Shown in pieces: positions 8,949-16,409 of a DNA stretch of 31,463 nucleotides. The stretch comes from Patescibacteria group bacterium (GTDB taxonomy: Bacteria > Patescibacteriota > Minisyncoccia > Phycocordibacterales > DSPV01): contig JBBUFP010000014.1 of the NCBI GenBank assembly GCA_038056445.1, positions 1-31,463 on the forward strand. The letters are read 5' to 3'. Under the pieces are notes generated by a model. That model made no database searches. It had not been told where the DNA came from and saw nothing but the letters and a program-made list of their open reading frames with translations. How positions within the stretch are numbered: the stretch's first letter is position 1; every line of letters begins with the position of its first letter. The position numbers and the translations under genes were made by a program.

Positions 8949-10220
8949 TTATCCAATCCACCCAAGTATTTTTTTGAGCGAATCGGGAGTGATTATTTTA
9001 TTTGGTTGTTGGTATTGTTTTTCTAAGGCGTTGTTTTTAAAGGATTGGAGCAAAGAACGCAATTCATCTATGCCGGTTATAAATCTTTTAATAGCGAAGA
9101 AGGAACGGCCCGATTCTATTTGGGGCAGTTTGGAAAGATTCACAAAAATCGCGTCTTTGTTCATTGCCAAAGGAATAAAATTAGTAGTAGAAACACCGGC
9201 GATATAAAGCTCGCTCAAGCCAATGAGCTCGTTGTTGTCGGCAATCGGATTCATAAATTTGACCCCATAGCGATTAAGTTTCTGGTACTGGCCGATGTCT
9301 TCCGAAGGGTGGGGTTTGAATAAAATATCAAATTCTGATTGAGGGCAAATTTCCCGAAGGGTCTTGATAATCGTTTCCGTCAGCTGATATTGTTCTTGGT
9401 CGGTGAGGACGGCAATATCTTTTCTGTTAAAGGGCGTGGAGTAGAAAATAATATTTCGTTTGGACCGGTCAATATTGTGCCGTTTAGCCAATTCCTGGCG
9501 TTTATTTTTGTCATTGGCTAGCTGATTTTTCATTTGTTCACTAAGGTAAAAATCTAAATAACCGACCACGGTCATTTTTTCTTTAGGGATGCCTCTCTCA
9601 ATAAAAAATTCTAGAGTTTGTTCGTTGATGACGCCAAACCTTTTGGCTTTGCCGCCGCCAATCATTCCCTTTGACCAATTTCTCGGTTTATCAAGGACAA
9701 AACCAAGCAAAAAGTTTTTGATTTTGAGGTAGAGTGGTTTGCCGAAACGATAGCTAAACTTGCGCCAAGCGGGCGTTTCTTTTTTTAATAAAATTCTCTG
9801 ACCCGGGTAAGTGAGCGCCCATTGAAGCACCATAGTGTCAATTTGCCGTTGATTGGCTTGTTCCATAAGATAGCCCGAATAGAAACCTTGGTCGTTGGTG
9901 GCGATTATTTTTACCGGGCGCTCCTTATCAAGTAATTTATTAATTTCTTCGGTATAATGTTTATGATTTTTCAAGATCGCGTAAAAAGGTATGTATCTTG
10001 ATAAAAAATTAATTGCCGGCGGTTCAACCGCATAGAACGGGTGTTGATTGATTCTGGCGTATTCCAGCATTTTGCCGTAGGATTTTCTGCCGAAAATAAT
10101 CAGGAATTTGACTTCATAATGCTCGGCTATGAAAGGCAAAAGTTTTTCAAAATATTTAAAACTCCCCACATAATGGGGGATTAAAAAGAGTAATGGTTTA
10201 GAATGGGGTTGCGTTGGCAT
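8949..10220 (-). CDS. GT-B fold putative glycosyltransferase with HP and ST motifs (candidate sialyl/NulO transferase)
   Basis: RPVKII..ND, VLQW, VVGY, FKPHPSED and GVSTT resemble the HP and S(S/T) motifs of bacterial GT-B sialyltransferases. Confidence 0.55.
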   Translation of the reverse strand: MPTQPHSKPLLFLIPHYVGSFKYFEKLLPFIAEHYEVKFLIIFGRKSYGKMLEYARINQHPFYAVEPPAINFLSRYIPFYAILKNHKHYTEEINKLLDKERPVKIIATNDQGFYSGYLMEQANQRQIDTMVLQWALTYPGQRILLKKETPAWRKFSYRFGKPLYLKIKNFLLGFVLDKPRNWSKGMIGGGKAKRFGVINEQTLEFFIERGIPKEKMTVVGYLDFYLSEQMKNQLANDKNKRQELAKRHNIDRSKRNIIFYSTPFNRKDIAVLTDQEQYQLTETIIKTLREICPQSEFDILFKPHPSEDIGQYQKLNRYGVKFMNPIADNNELIGLSELYIAGVSTTNFIPLAMNKDAIFVNLSKLPQIESGRSFFAIKRFITGIDELRSLLQSFKNNALEKQYQQPNKIITPDSLKKILGWIG

Positions 10221-10281
10221 AATTTTGTGTTAATATGCCAATGCTAGCAGATTTAGCCGATAGTTTCAAAAAAATAACAAT

Positions 10282-11154
10282 ATGGCAAAGGATTTCTCTA
10301 TTACAGTCGGCAATAAAAAGATTGGCCACAATCATCCGGTTTTTATCATTGCGGAAATCGGCATCAATCATAATGGCGATTTAGATATAGTTAAAAAACT
10401 TATTGATGTGGCGGTAGACGCGGGCGCCGACGCGGTTAAATTTCAAAAGCGGACCATTGAGGTTGTCTATATGCCGGAAGCTCTGGCCGCGCCGCGCGAA
10501 AGCCCATTCGGTAAAACCAACGGTGATTTGAAGAAGGGTTTGGAATTTGGCGTCAAGGAGTATAAAACGATAGACGGATATTGCCGGCAGAAGGGCATTC
10601 TTTGGTTTGCTTCCTGTTGGGATGAGGGGGCGGTGGATTTTATTGAGAAATTTAATCCGCCGGTTTACAAAATTGCTTCGCCTTCTTTAACTGACCATGG
10701 CCTACTGCGCCACATCAAAGCGAAAAAGAAGCCCATTATTCTCTCAACAGGGATGAGCGATTTGGCGATGGTCAGAAAAGCGGTCTCAGTGCTCGGCAAG
10801 AAAAATCTGGCGTTGATGCATTCCGTTTCCACTTATCCGGCTTCGCATACGGAGCTTAACCTTTTATGTATTCCAACGCTTAGAAAGACCTTCGGTTTAC
10901 CTACGGGTTATTCTGGTCACGAGGTTGGGATAACTTCGCCCTTGGCGGCTGTGGCGCTGGGCGCTTGCCTTGTGGAGAGGCACATCACTCTTGACCGAGC
11001 GATGTGGGGTTCCGACCAAGCCGCTTCGCTTGAGCCATACGGTTTCAAGAAAATGATTATCTATATTCGCCAGTTTGAAGCGTCTTTGGGCGATGGAGTC
11101 AAAAGGATTATGGAATCCGAAGTGCCGGTTTTGAAAAAGCTGCGGCGGAAATAA
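10282..11154 (+). CDS. neuB: NeuB-family nonulosonate synthase, short form without the C-terminal antifreeze-like (SAF) domain
   Basis: IIAEIGINHNG, KFQKR, STGM, HSVSTYP, GYSGHE, ERH.TLDR and GSDQAASLEP; the protein ends at 290 aa. Confidence 0.9.
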   Translation: MAKDFSITVGNKKIGHNHPVFIIAEIGINHNGDLDIVKKLIDVAVDAGADAVKFQKRTIEVVYMPEALAAPRESPFGKTNGDLKKGLEFGVKEYKTIDGYCRQKGILWFASCWDEGAVDFIEKFNPPVYKIASPSLTDHGLLRHIKAKKKPIILSTGMSDLAMVRKAVSVLGKKNLALMHSVSTYPASHTELNLLCIPTLRKTFGLPTGYSGHEVGITSPLAAVALGACLVERHITLDRAMWGSDQAASLEPYGFKKMIIYIRQFEASLGDGVKRIMESEVPVLKKLRRK

Positions 11155-11156
11155 AA

Positions 11157-11921
11157 ATGGCGAAAAAACAAGATAAAAAATTGATTTACGCTTTGATTGG
11201 CGCCCGCGGCGGTTCTAAAGGTATTCCTCGTAAGAATATTGTGCCGATTGTTGGCCATCCTTTAATTGCTTATTCCATTGCGGCGGCAAAATTGGCAAAA
11301 AATATTGATCGGATAGTTGTGTCTACTGACAGTGAGGCAATTGCGGCAGTGGCGAAAAAATATGGCGCTGAAGTGCCGTTTATGCGTCCAGCCAAAATTT
11401 CCGGCGACCAATCTTTGGATGTAGAATTTTTTCGGCATGCTTTGGATTGGTTTAAAAAAAATGAAGAAAGAATGCCTGATTTTATCGTTCATCTCCGACC
11501 AACTATCCCCGTTCGGGAAGTTTCCGTTCTTGATAAAGCTATTTCAGAAATGCTCGCCGATAAAGATGCTACCGCGCTTCGTAGCGCCGAAAAAGTTCCT
11601 CCGTCTTCAATTTTCAAATCTTTTCGCCTGAAAGATTCTTACTGCGAATTTTTCGGCAAAGAATTGTTTGCACCCAACGAGGAATTTTTTAATTATCCCC
11701 GCCAGCAATTGCCGAAAACCTACCATGTCAACGGGTATATTGATGTTATAAACGCTCGCACTTTCCTTAAGACCGGTTTACTTTACGGGGAAAAGATGAG
11801 AGCATTTATAAACGAAGAACCGGCAGTTGATATTGATGAACCAGCGGATTTACTTAAAGCTGCTGAAGAATTAAAAAAGCCGCAATATAACGATTTACAT
11901 AATTTTTTAAAAAGTATTTAA
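11157..11921 (+). CDS. neuA: CMP-nonulosonate synthetase (acylneuraminate cytidylyltransferase family)
   Basis: ARGGSKGIPRKN, STD, EVPFMRP, LRPT.P.R, NGYID and DIDEPAD. Confidence 0.9.
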   Translation: MAKKQDKKLIYALIGARGGSKGIPRKNIVPIVGHPLIAYSIAAAKLAKNIDRIVVSTDSEAIAAVAKKYGAEVPFMRPAKISGDQSLDVEFFRHALDWFKKNEERMPDFIVHLRPTIPVREVSVLDKAISEMLADKDATALRSAEKVPPSSIFKSFRLKDSYCEFFGKELFAPNEEFFNYPRQQLPKTYHVNGYIDVINARTFLKTGLLYGEKMRAFINEEPAVDIDEPADLLKAAEELKKPQYNDLHNFLKSI

Positions 11922-11931
11922 TTTGAGTTTT

Positions 11932-12732
11932 ATGAAAAACAAAAAAATAAATCAAAACAAAACCATTTTTGAATTAGCGGATTTGACCGGGAAAAAGGCG
12001 GTGGTAACCGGCGGCGGCGGGCATTTAGGTTTTCAAATGAGCAAAGCCCTGCTTGAGCTTGGCGCAGATGTTATTGTTTTAGCTCGCGATAAAGAGAAGA
12101 TTAAGTCCCTCTCAAAAGAGTTCGGCAAAAAGATTTCTTTCATTAAAGTTGACCTCAACAACAAAGAAGAAGTAACGGCCCTTGATAAAAAATTGCCGTC
12201 AATGATTCATATTTTGATAAATAATTTTTATACTTGGCCAACTAATCCCCATTTTGAAAAAATGCAATGGGACGAAGCGGTGGCGACCATGACCGCTGGA
12301 ATCGTTTCGCCCCTTTTCCTTTCAAAAGTTGTTTTTCCTAAAATGAAAAAAGGCGGCTCAATTATTAATATTGGTTCAATGTATGGGATGATTTCACCCG
12401 ATTTTAGGATTTATCGAAATAGTGGCATGGGCAATGCTTTGGAATACGGCGCGACCAAGGCGGCTCTGATTCAGGCGACAAAATATCTGGCGGTTAAGGG
12501 GGCGCCTTCGGGTATTAGAGTTAACGCTATCAGTCCGGGACCATTTTCTCGGCCTGGCGCTTTTGATAATGGCAAGGATTGGTTTAAGGAGGAACTTATA
12601 AACAAAATGCCGCTTCACCGGATCGGTGAGAATTGGGAGCTAAAGGGAGTTATTGCTTTTCTTGCTTCCGATTTGAGCAGCTATGTGACCGGTCAGAATA
12701 TCGCGGTGGATGGCGGTTGGACGATTTGGTAA
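11932..12732 (+). CDS. SDR oxidoreductase, PtmA-like
   Basis: TGGGGHLG, NIGSMYG, YGATK, RVNAISPG and DGGWT. Confidence 0.85.
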   Translation: MKNKKINQNKTIFELADLTGKKAVVTGGGGHLGFQMSKALLELGADVIVLARDKEKIKSLSKEFGKKISFIKVDLNNKEEVTALDKKLPSMIHILINNFYTWPTNPHFEKMQWDEAVATMTAGIVSPLFLSKVVFPKMKKGGSIINIGSMYGMISPDFRIYRNSGMGNALEYGATKAALIQATKYLAVKGAPSGIRVNAISPGPFSRPGAFDNGKDWFKEELINKMPLHRIGENWELKGVIAFLASDLSSYVTGQNIAVDGGWTIW

Positions 12733-12737
12733 TTGTT

Positions 12738-13730
12738 ATGAGAGAGAAGTTAAAACAACAATTGAAGATTTTTAATTTTGACGCTCACGCCTTGCGAGGC
12801 AACAATTTTTTTAAGGGGATTTTAGATTACCGAAAAAAGATTTTGCCGATTCACAAACATCGGATAAAAAAAGCTAGAAATTTTTGTTGCGTGCTTTGCG
12901 GTGGCAAGCGGGGTAAACTTTTCTTGGAATGGCAAGTCGGTTATCAACTTTTTCAATGCTTGGTTTGCGGCGCGGTTTCAGCTAACATTGCGGCTGATGC
13001 GAGGCATATTGACGATGTTTATAATAATGAAATTTATTATAAGAAATTTGAACAGGAAATCTTAAAACACTATGCTTATCGCAAGCAGACCCAAGGGGCT
13101 GAACGTTTTGATTATGTAATAAAGCGTCTAAAACTTAAGCCGAAGAAAGCGCGAGTGTTGGATGTTGGTTGCGGCGCCGGCTATTTTTTATCCATGCTTA
13201 AAGACCGAGGGGTGAAAGGTCGGGGTTTGGAAGTTAATCCTGCCCAAGTCCGTTATTGTCGGAAGTTGGGATTGGATGTAGTCGGTTCGGATTTAGCCGA
13301 TGAACCGGACAATCATTATGATGTGATTACGATGTTTGATGTGCTGGAACACTTAACCGAACCGCTCGCCACGATTAAAACCGTCTGTCGGAAACTCAAG
13401 CCCGGCGGTTATTTAATCGCTTACACGCCCAACATTCATTCGTTGGCTTACGAATTGATGGGCAGCAAGCAAAATACGCTTTTACCTTTTGAACACTTTT
13501 GTTTTTTCAATAAGCCGTCGTTCCAATATCTGGCGAAGAAAACTGGTTTTGCCATTCACACTCTTGAAGTTTATGGCTTGGATGTAATGGATTATTTACT
13601 GATGAAAGAATACGAAGATGGCATTGACTACACCGTTAAGCTCAAAGATTTTATGAATGTTTTGCAGGCCTGCGTTGATAAGTTGGAATTCGGCAATCAT
13701 TTTCGTTTAACGCTCAAAAAGAAAAAATAA
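12738..13730 (+). CDS. Class I SAM methyltransferase with an N-terminal Cys (Zn-ribbon-like) motif
   Basis: CVLC...CLVC, VLDVGCGAG and FDVLEHL..P; start placed at ATG 12738, just after the SDR stop. Confidence 0.85.
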   Translation: MREKLKQQLKIFNFDAHALRGNNFFKGILDYRKKILPIHKHRIKKARNFCCVLCGGKRGKLFLEWQVGYQLFQCLVCGAVSANIAADARHIDDVYNNEIYYKKFEQEILKHYAYRKQTQGAERFDYVIKRLKLKPKKARVLDVGCGAGYFLSMLKDRGVKGRGLEVNPAQVRYCRKLGLDVVGSDLADEPDNHYDVITMFDVLEHLTEPLATIKTVCRKLKPGGYLIAYTPNIHSLAYELMGSKQNTLLPFEHFCFFNKPSFQYLAKKTGFAIHTLEVYGLDVMDYLLMKEYEDGIDYTVKLKDFMNVLQACVDKLEFGNHFRLTLKKKK

Positions 13731-13738
13731 AGAAATAA

Positions 13739-14722
13739 ATGATGGAAAAATTTCCCTATGAAAAAGCCGAACAGGAAGAAGTGCCGTGCGGTTTTTGCGG
13801 TTCGCGGGACTTAGAAGTTTTGGCGGAAGCGGGGCAAGACGGTTTGCCGCTGCGGACGGTTATTTGCCGAGTTTGCGGTTTGGTTTTTATTAATCCGCGA
13901 ATGACCAGAGAGTGGTACGCTCGCTATTACCAAGAGGAATACCGAACGAATACCATTGGAAATATTCAAAAGAAACCGCCGGACTTTGACAAGCTTTTTG
14001 TTTCAATGACCAAGCACGGCGAAGAGCTGGCTGAATTTATTCAACCGTATCTTAAAGTTGCCGGTCTGGTAGCCGAAGTTGGTTCTAGTTTAGGCGGGAT
14101 TTTAGCTGGTATCAAAAACAAACTTAATCGCGAAGTGGTGGGCATAGAACCATCACAACCGGAAGTTGATTATGCTAATCGTCAAGGAGTTAAATCCATT
14201 TGTTCGCTCATTGAAACTCTTGAAGAAAAGTTTTCTCAACCGCCAAAATTTGGCGCGGTGATTTGTTCTCAGTCGCTTAATCATTTTCTTGAACCGAAAC
14301 TTTTTTTTGTTTGGGCGCATAAACATCTTTTGGCTGGCGGCTTGTTGGTTTTGGAAGTGATGAATTTTCGCCACCAGCTTAAAAAAGCCGGCCGCTTCCG
14401 GAACGCGGTGAAAATTGACCATGTTCAGATGTTCACGCCGGAGGTTTTGAAAAATTTTGTTGAAGCGGCCGGCTTTGATATTTTGTATTTTGATGTTGAT
14501 GAAACTAAAAGCCAGCAGCAGTTGAACGCAATCAATCGCGTTTTACCCAAAGTCCATATTACTTGCGTTGCCCGCAAAACTTCGCGTCCGCCGTTTGAAA
14601 ATTTTGCCGTTGTGCCAAATTATCAGCGAGTCAGGCGAACGCTGAATAAATTGAAAATTTATCTTTATTATCTTTTTGCTGTCAGGCTGCCGAGGTTGGA
14701 TAAAAAATCCCGTTCCGAATAG
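13739..14722 (+). CDS. Class I SAM methyltransferase with a Zn-ribbon N-terminus (paralog of 25416-26396)
   Basis: CGFC...CRVCGLVFINPRMT, EVGSSLGG, GIEPS and QSLNH. Confidence 0.8.
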   Translation: MMEKFPYEKAEQEEVPCGFCGSRDLEVLAEAGQDGLPLRTVICRVCGLVFINPRMTREWYARYYQEEYRTNTIGNIQKKPPDFDKLFVSMTKHGEELAEFIQPYLKVAGLVAEVGSSLGGILAGIKNKLNREVVGIEPSQPEVDYANRQGVKSICSLIETLEEKFSQPPKFGAVICSQSLNHFLEPKLFFVWAHKHLLAGGLLVLEVMNFRHQLKKAGRFRNAVKIDHVQMFTPEVLKNFVEAAGFDILYFDVDETKSQQQLNAINRVLPKVHITCVARKTSRPPFENFAVVPNYQRVRRTLNKLKIYLYYLFAVRLPRLDKKSRSE

Positions 14723-14735
14723 GTGTCGGAACGGG
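14709..14735. terminator. Intrinsic terminator-like hairpin between convergent genes
   Basis: Perfect 10-bp stem cccgttccga / tcggaacggg with a 7-nt loop; followed by ATTTTTTA on the minus strand. Confidence 0.7.
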
Positions 14736-14751
14736 TTGGTTGTTGTCCGGA

Positions 14752-15087
14752 CTATTTTGCCGCGAACAGGGCATTGACCGGAAAACTTTCGAAAAAGATG
14801 AAGGTTAGGATTCCTTCCTCAAGGCAGAGGAGTTTTCTTTTACCCGATGTGTCTGCGACCGCGGTGGAAATAATCAGCGAACTGGATTCACTGGGCTTAA
14901 TTTTTGCCAGTGTTTTCATACCTTGGAAACCAAGAGGTATCAGCCCAAGTTTGCGGATTGCTTTGTCCATGGCCTCCTCGTTGAGTTCTGAATCAACCGC
15001 TTTAACCAGTGATATTTCGATTATCCCCTCTCCGTCAGTTGGAACCGGAATCTTTCTTACCACTTGCACACTTGTTTTTTTTATCAC
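14752..15087 (-). CDS. Small hypothetical protein (111 aa, GTG start; start uncertain)
   Basis: Open frame bracketed by a consensus promoter upstream and a terminator downstream; no recognisable family. Confidence 0.5.
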   Translation of the reverse strand: MIKKTSVQVVRKIPVPTDGEGIIEISLVKAVDSELNEEAMDKAIRKLGLIPLGFQGMKTLAKIKPSESSSLIISTAVADTSGKRKLLCLEEGILTFIFFESFPVNALFAAK

Positions 15088-15122
15088 AATCTTCGCCTTT
15101 GTTGAGGTTCTGTTCAGCCCAT

Positions 15123-15174
15123 AAGTTACCGCATTATTATTTTCTTGTCAAGAAACTACAATATGTGCTAATCT
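15123..15174. promoter_or_regulatory. Back-to-back promoters sharing a TTGTCAA -35 region
   Basis: Minus strand: TTGACA(15151-15146)-17 nt-TAACTT(15128-15123). Plus strand: TTGTCA(15145-15150)-18 nt-TAATCT(15169-15174) with an extended TG. Confidence 0.55.
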
Positions 15175-15218
15175 AGACTGGTGAAAAAATCAGTCCAATT
15201 ATTATTTATTGCTTTGCC

Positions 15219-15729
15219 ATGTTAAGGGACCGGCGTTCTCAACTGTGTCGAGGACTTGATTTTCAGAAAGCTGGCATCCAGGCCATAAGCCGCGCCATTG
15301 GGGCGACGGCGCCCGGAAATGTCTTGGAACTCGGTAGCGGTAACGGTTTTAACCTGTTGGCGCTTTCCGCCATGCACCCGGAAATCAAGGAGTGGCAGGG
15401 CGTAGAATTTACAAAAAGCGGTATCGCCGCGTCCGAGAAATTAAAGCGGGAACCGCCGTTTGACGCTCTGATTTACATGACCGAGTTGCCGCGAGAGGAG
15501 ATTACCAGAAGATTAAACGGGGCGCGGATTGAATATCGTTAAGGTGATGTGCAGTCACTGCAAAAGTTACGATTACTTCCGCTCCAGTGTTAATGTTGTG
15601 GAACGAGCCGGCCTCAAGATTCTAAAATTTGAGCGCCTGCCGCTTAACAAGATTCCGCAGTCGGTGGGTTTGCTTCTTTGCGCCCCAGCCAAGGTGGGGC
15701 GCACTCCCACAGACTTTATTTTTTTCTAA
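15219..15729 (+). pseudogene. Disrupted class I SAM methyltransferase
   Basis: VLELGSGNG motif I, then a premature TAA (15540-15542) followed in frame by GDVQSL. A shifted frame then gives a C-terminus-like YFRSS...VERAGLKILKFE; the central motifs are missing. Confidence 0.7.
15679..15703. terminator. GC-rich hairpin at a convergent junction (possible terminator, no clear U tract)
   Basis: 9-bp stem tgcgcccca / tggggcgca with a 7-nt loop, 13 nt past the stop of the 15716-16399 gene. Confidence 0.4.
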
Positions 15730-16399
15730 GTATTTGTATGACTTCCGCGCCGAAAAATTTTTTGAATTTCAGCCAATTTTTTTTCACAGCGATTCTTTTT
15801 AACCAACCTAACCTATTTTTGTAAATCTTTGGGTCAACCCAGTATTCCACCGCTAACTCATTAAAGTATTTTAGAATCGTCTTTTTGTAAATCGCCGGGG
15901 TAAATACAGAAATATGGTCGTTATCTTCGGTGAATCTTTCCAGTTCACCAGTCAAAAAGAAAAGTTTTCTAGCGTGAAGTGAAGTATTGGGCATTTCGTT
16001 AAAAAATATGCCGCCTGGTTTTAAAACCCGATAAATTTCTCTGATGAAATGGTGAGGATTTTCAAGGTGCGCCAATAAACACCAAGCCGTAACAGCGTCA
16101 AAAAAATCGTTAGGGTAAGGCAACTTATCTACATTGGCGTCTACTTCGGCAAAATTTCCGATTTTTTTCACTCTCATATCAGTAATGTCTAGGCCGTAGG
16201 CGTTGTAACCTTTTTCTAAAAGATGACGGATGAAATGGCCTCCGCCAATACCGCAATCTAACACTTTTTTACCTGTAAGAATTGACTCATATTTTTCAAA
16301 AGTTTCTATTCCGAACGGTAAGCCGTAACACAATTCTACATAAGGCGAAGTATCAATCTTCGCCCTCAGCTCGTCTGTTGTTTTGTATGGTAGACGCAT
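15716..16399 (-). CDS. Class I SAM methyltransferase (type 11-like)
   Basis: VLDCGIGGG, GLDI, LPYPNDFFDAV and LAHLENP...EIYRVLKPGG. Confidence 0.85.
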   Translation of the reverse strand: MRLPYKTTDELRAKIDTSPYVELCYGLPFGIETFEKYESILTGKKVLDCGIGGGHFIRHLLEKGYNAYGLDITDMRVKKIGNFAEVDANVDKLPYPNDFFDAVTAWCLLAHLENPHHFIREIYRVLKPGGIFFNEMPNTSLHARKLFFLTGELERFTEDNDHISVFTPAIYKKTILKYFNELAVEYWVDPKIYKNRLGWLKRIAVKKNWLKFKKFFGAEVIQILRKK

Positions 16400-16409
16400 G
16401 GAGATTTTG

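Noticed and set aside
15075-15122. Phase-variable poly-T frameshift joining ATG 15122 to the 111-aa ORF
   Set aside because: ATG 15122 is followed at once by GGC TGA and abuts the -10 box; no single slip in the T8 run creates a longer ATG-initiated ORF.
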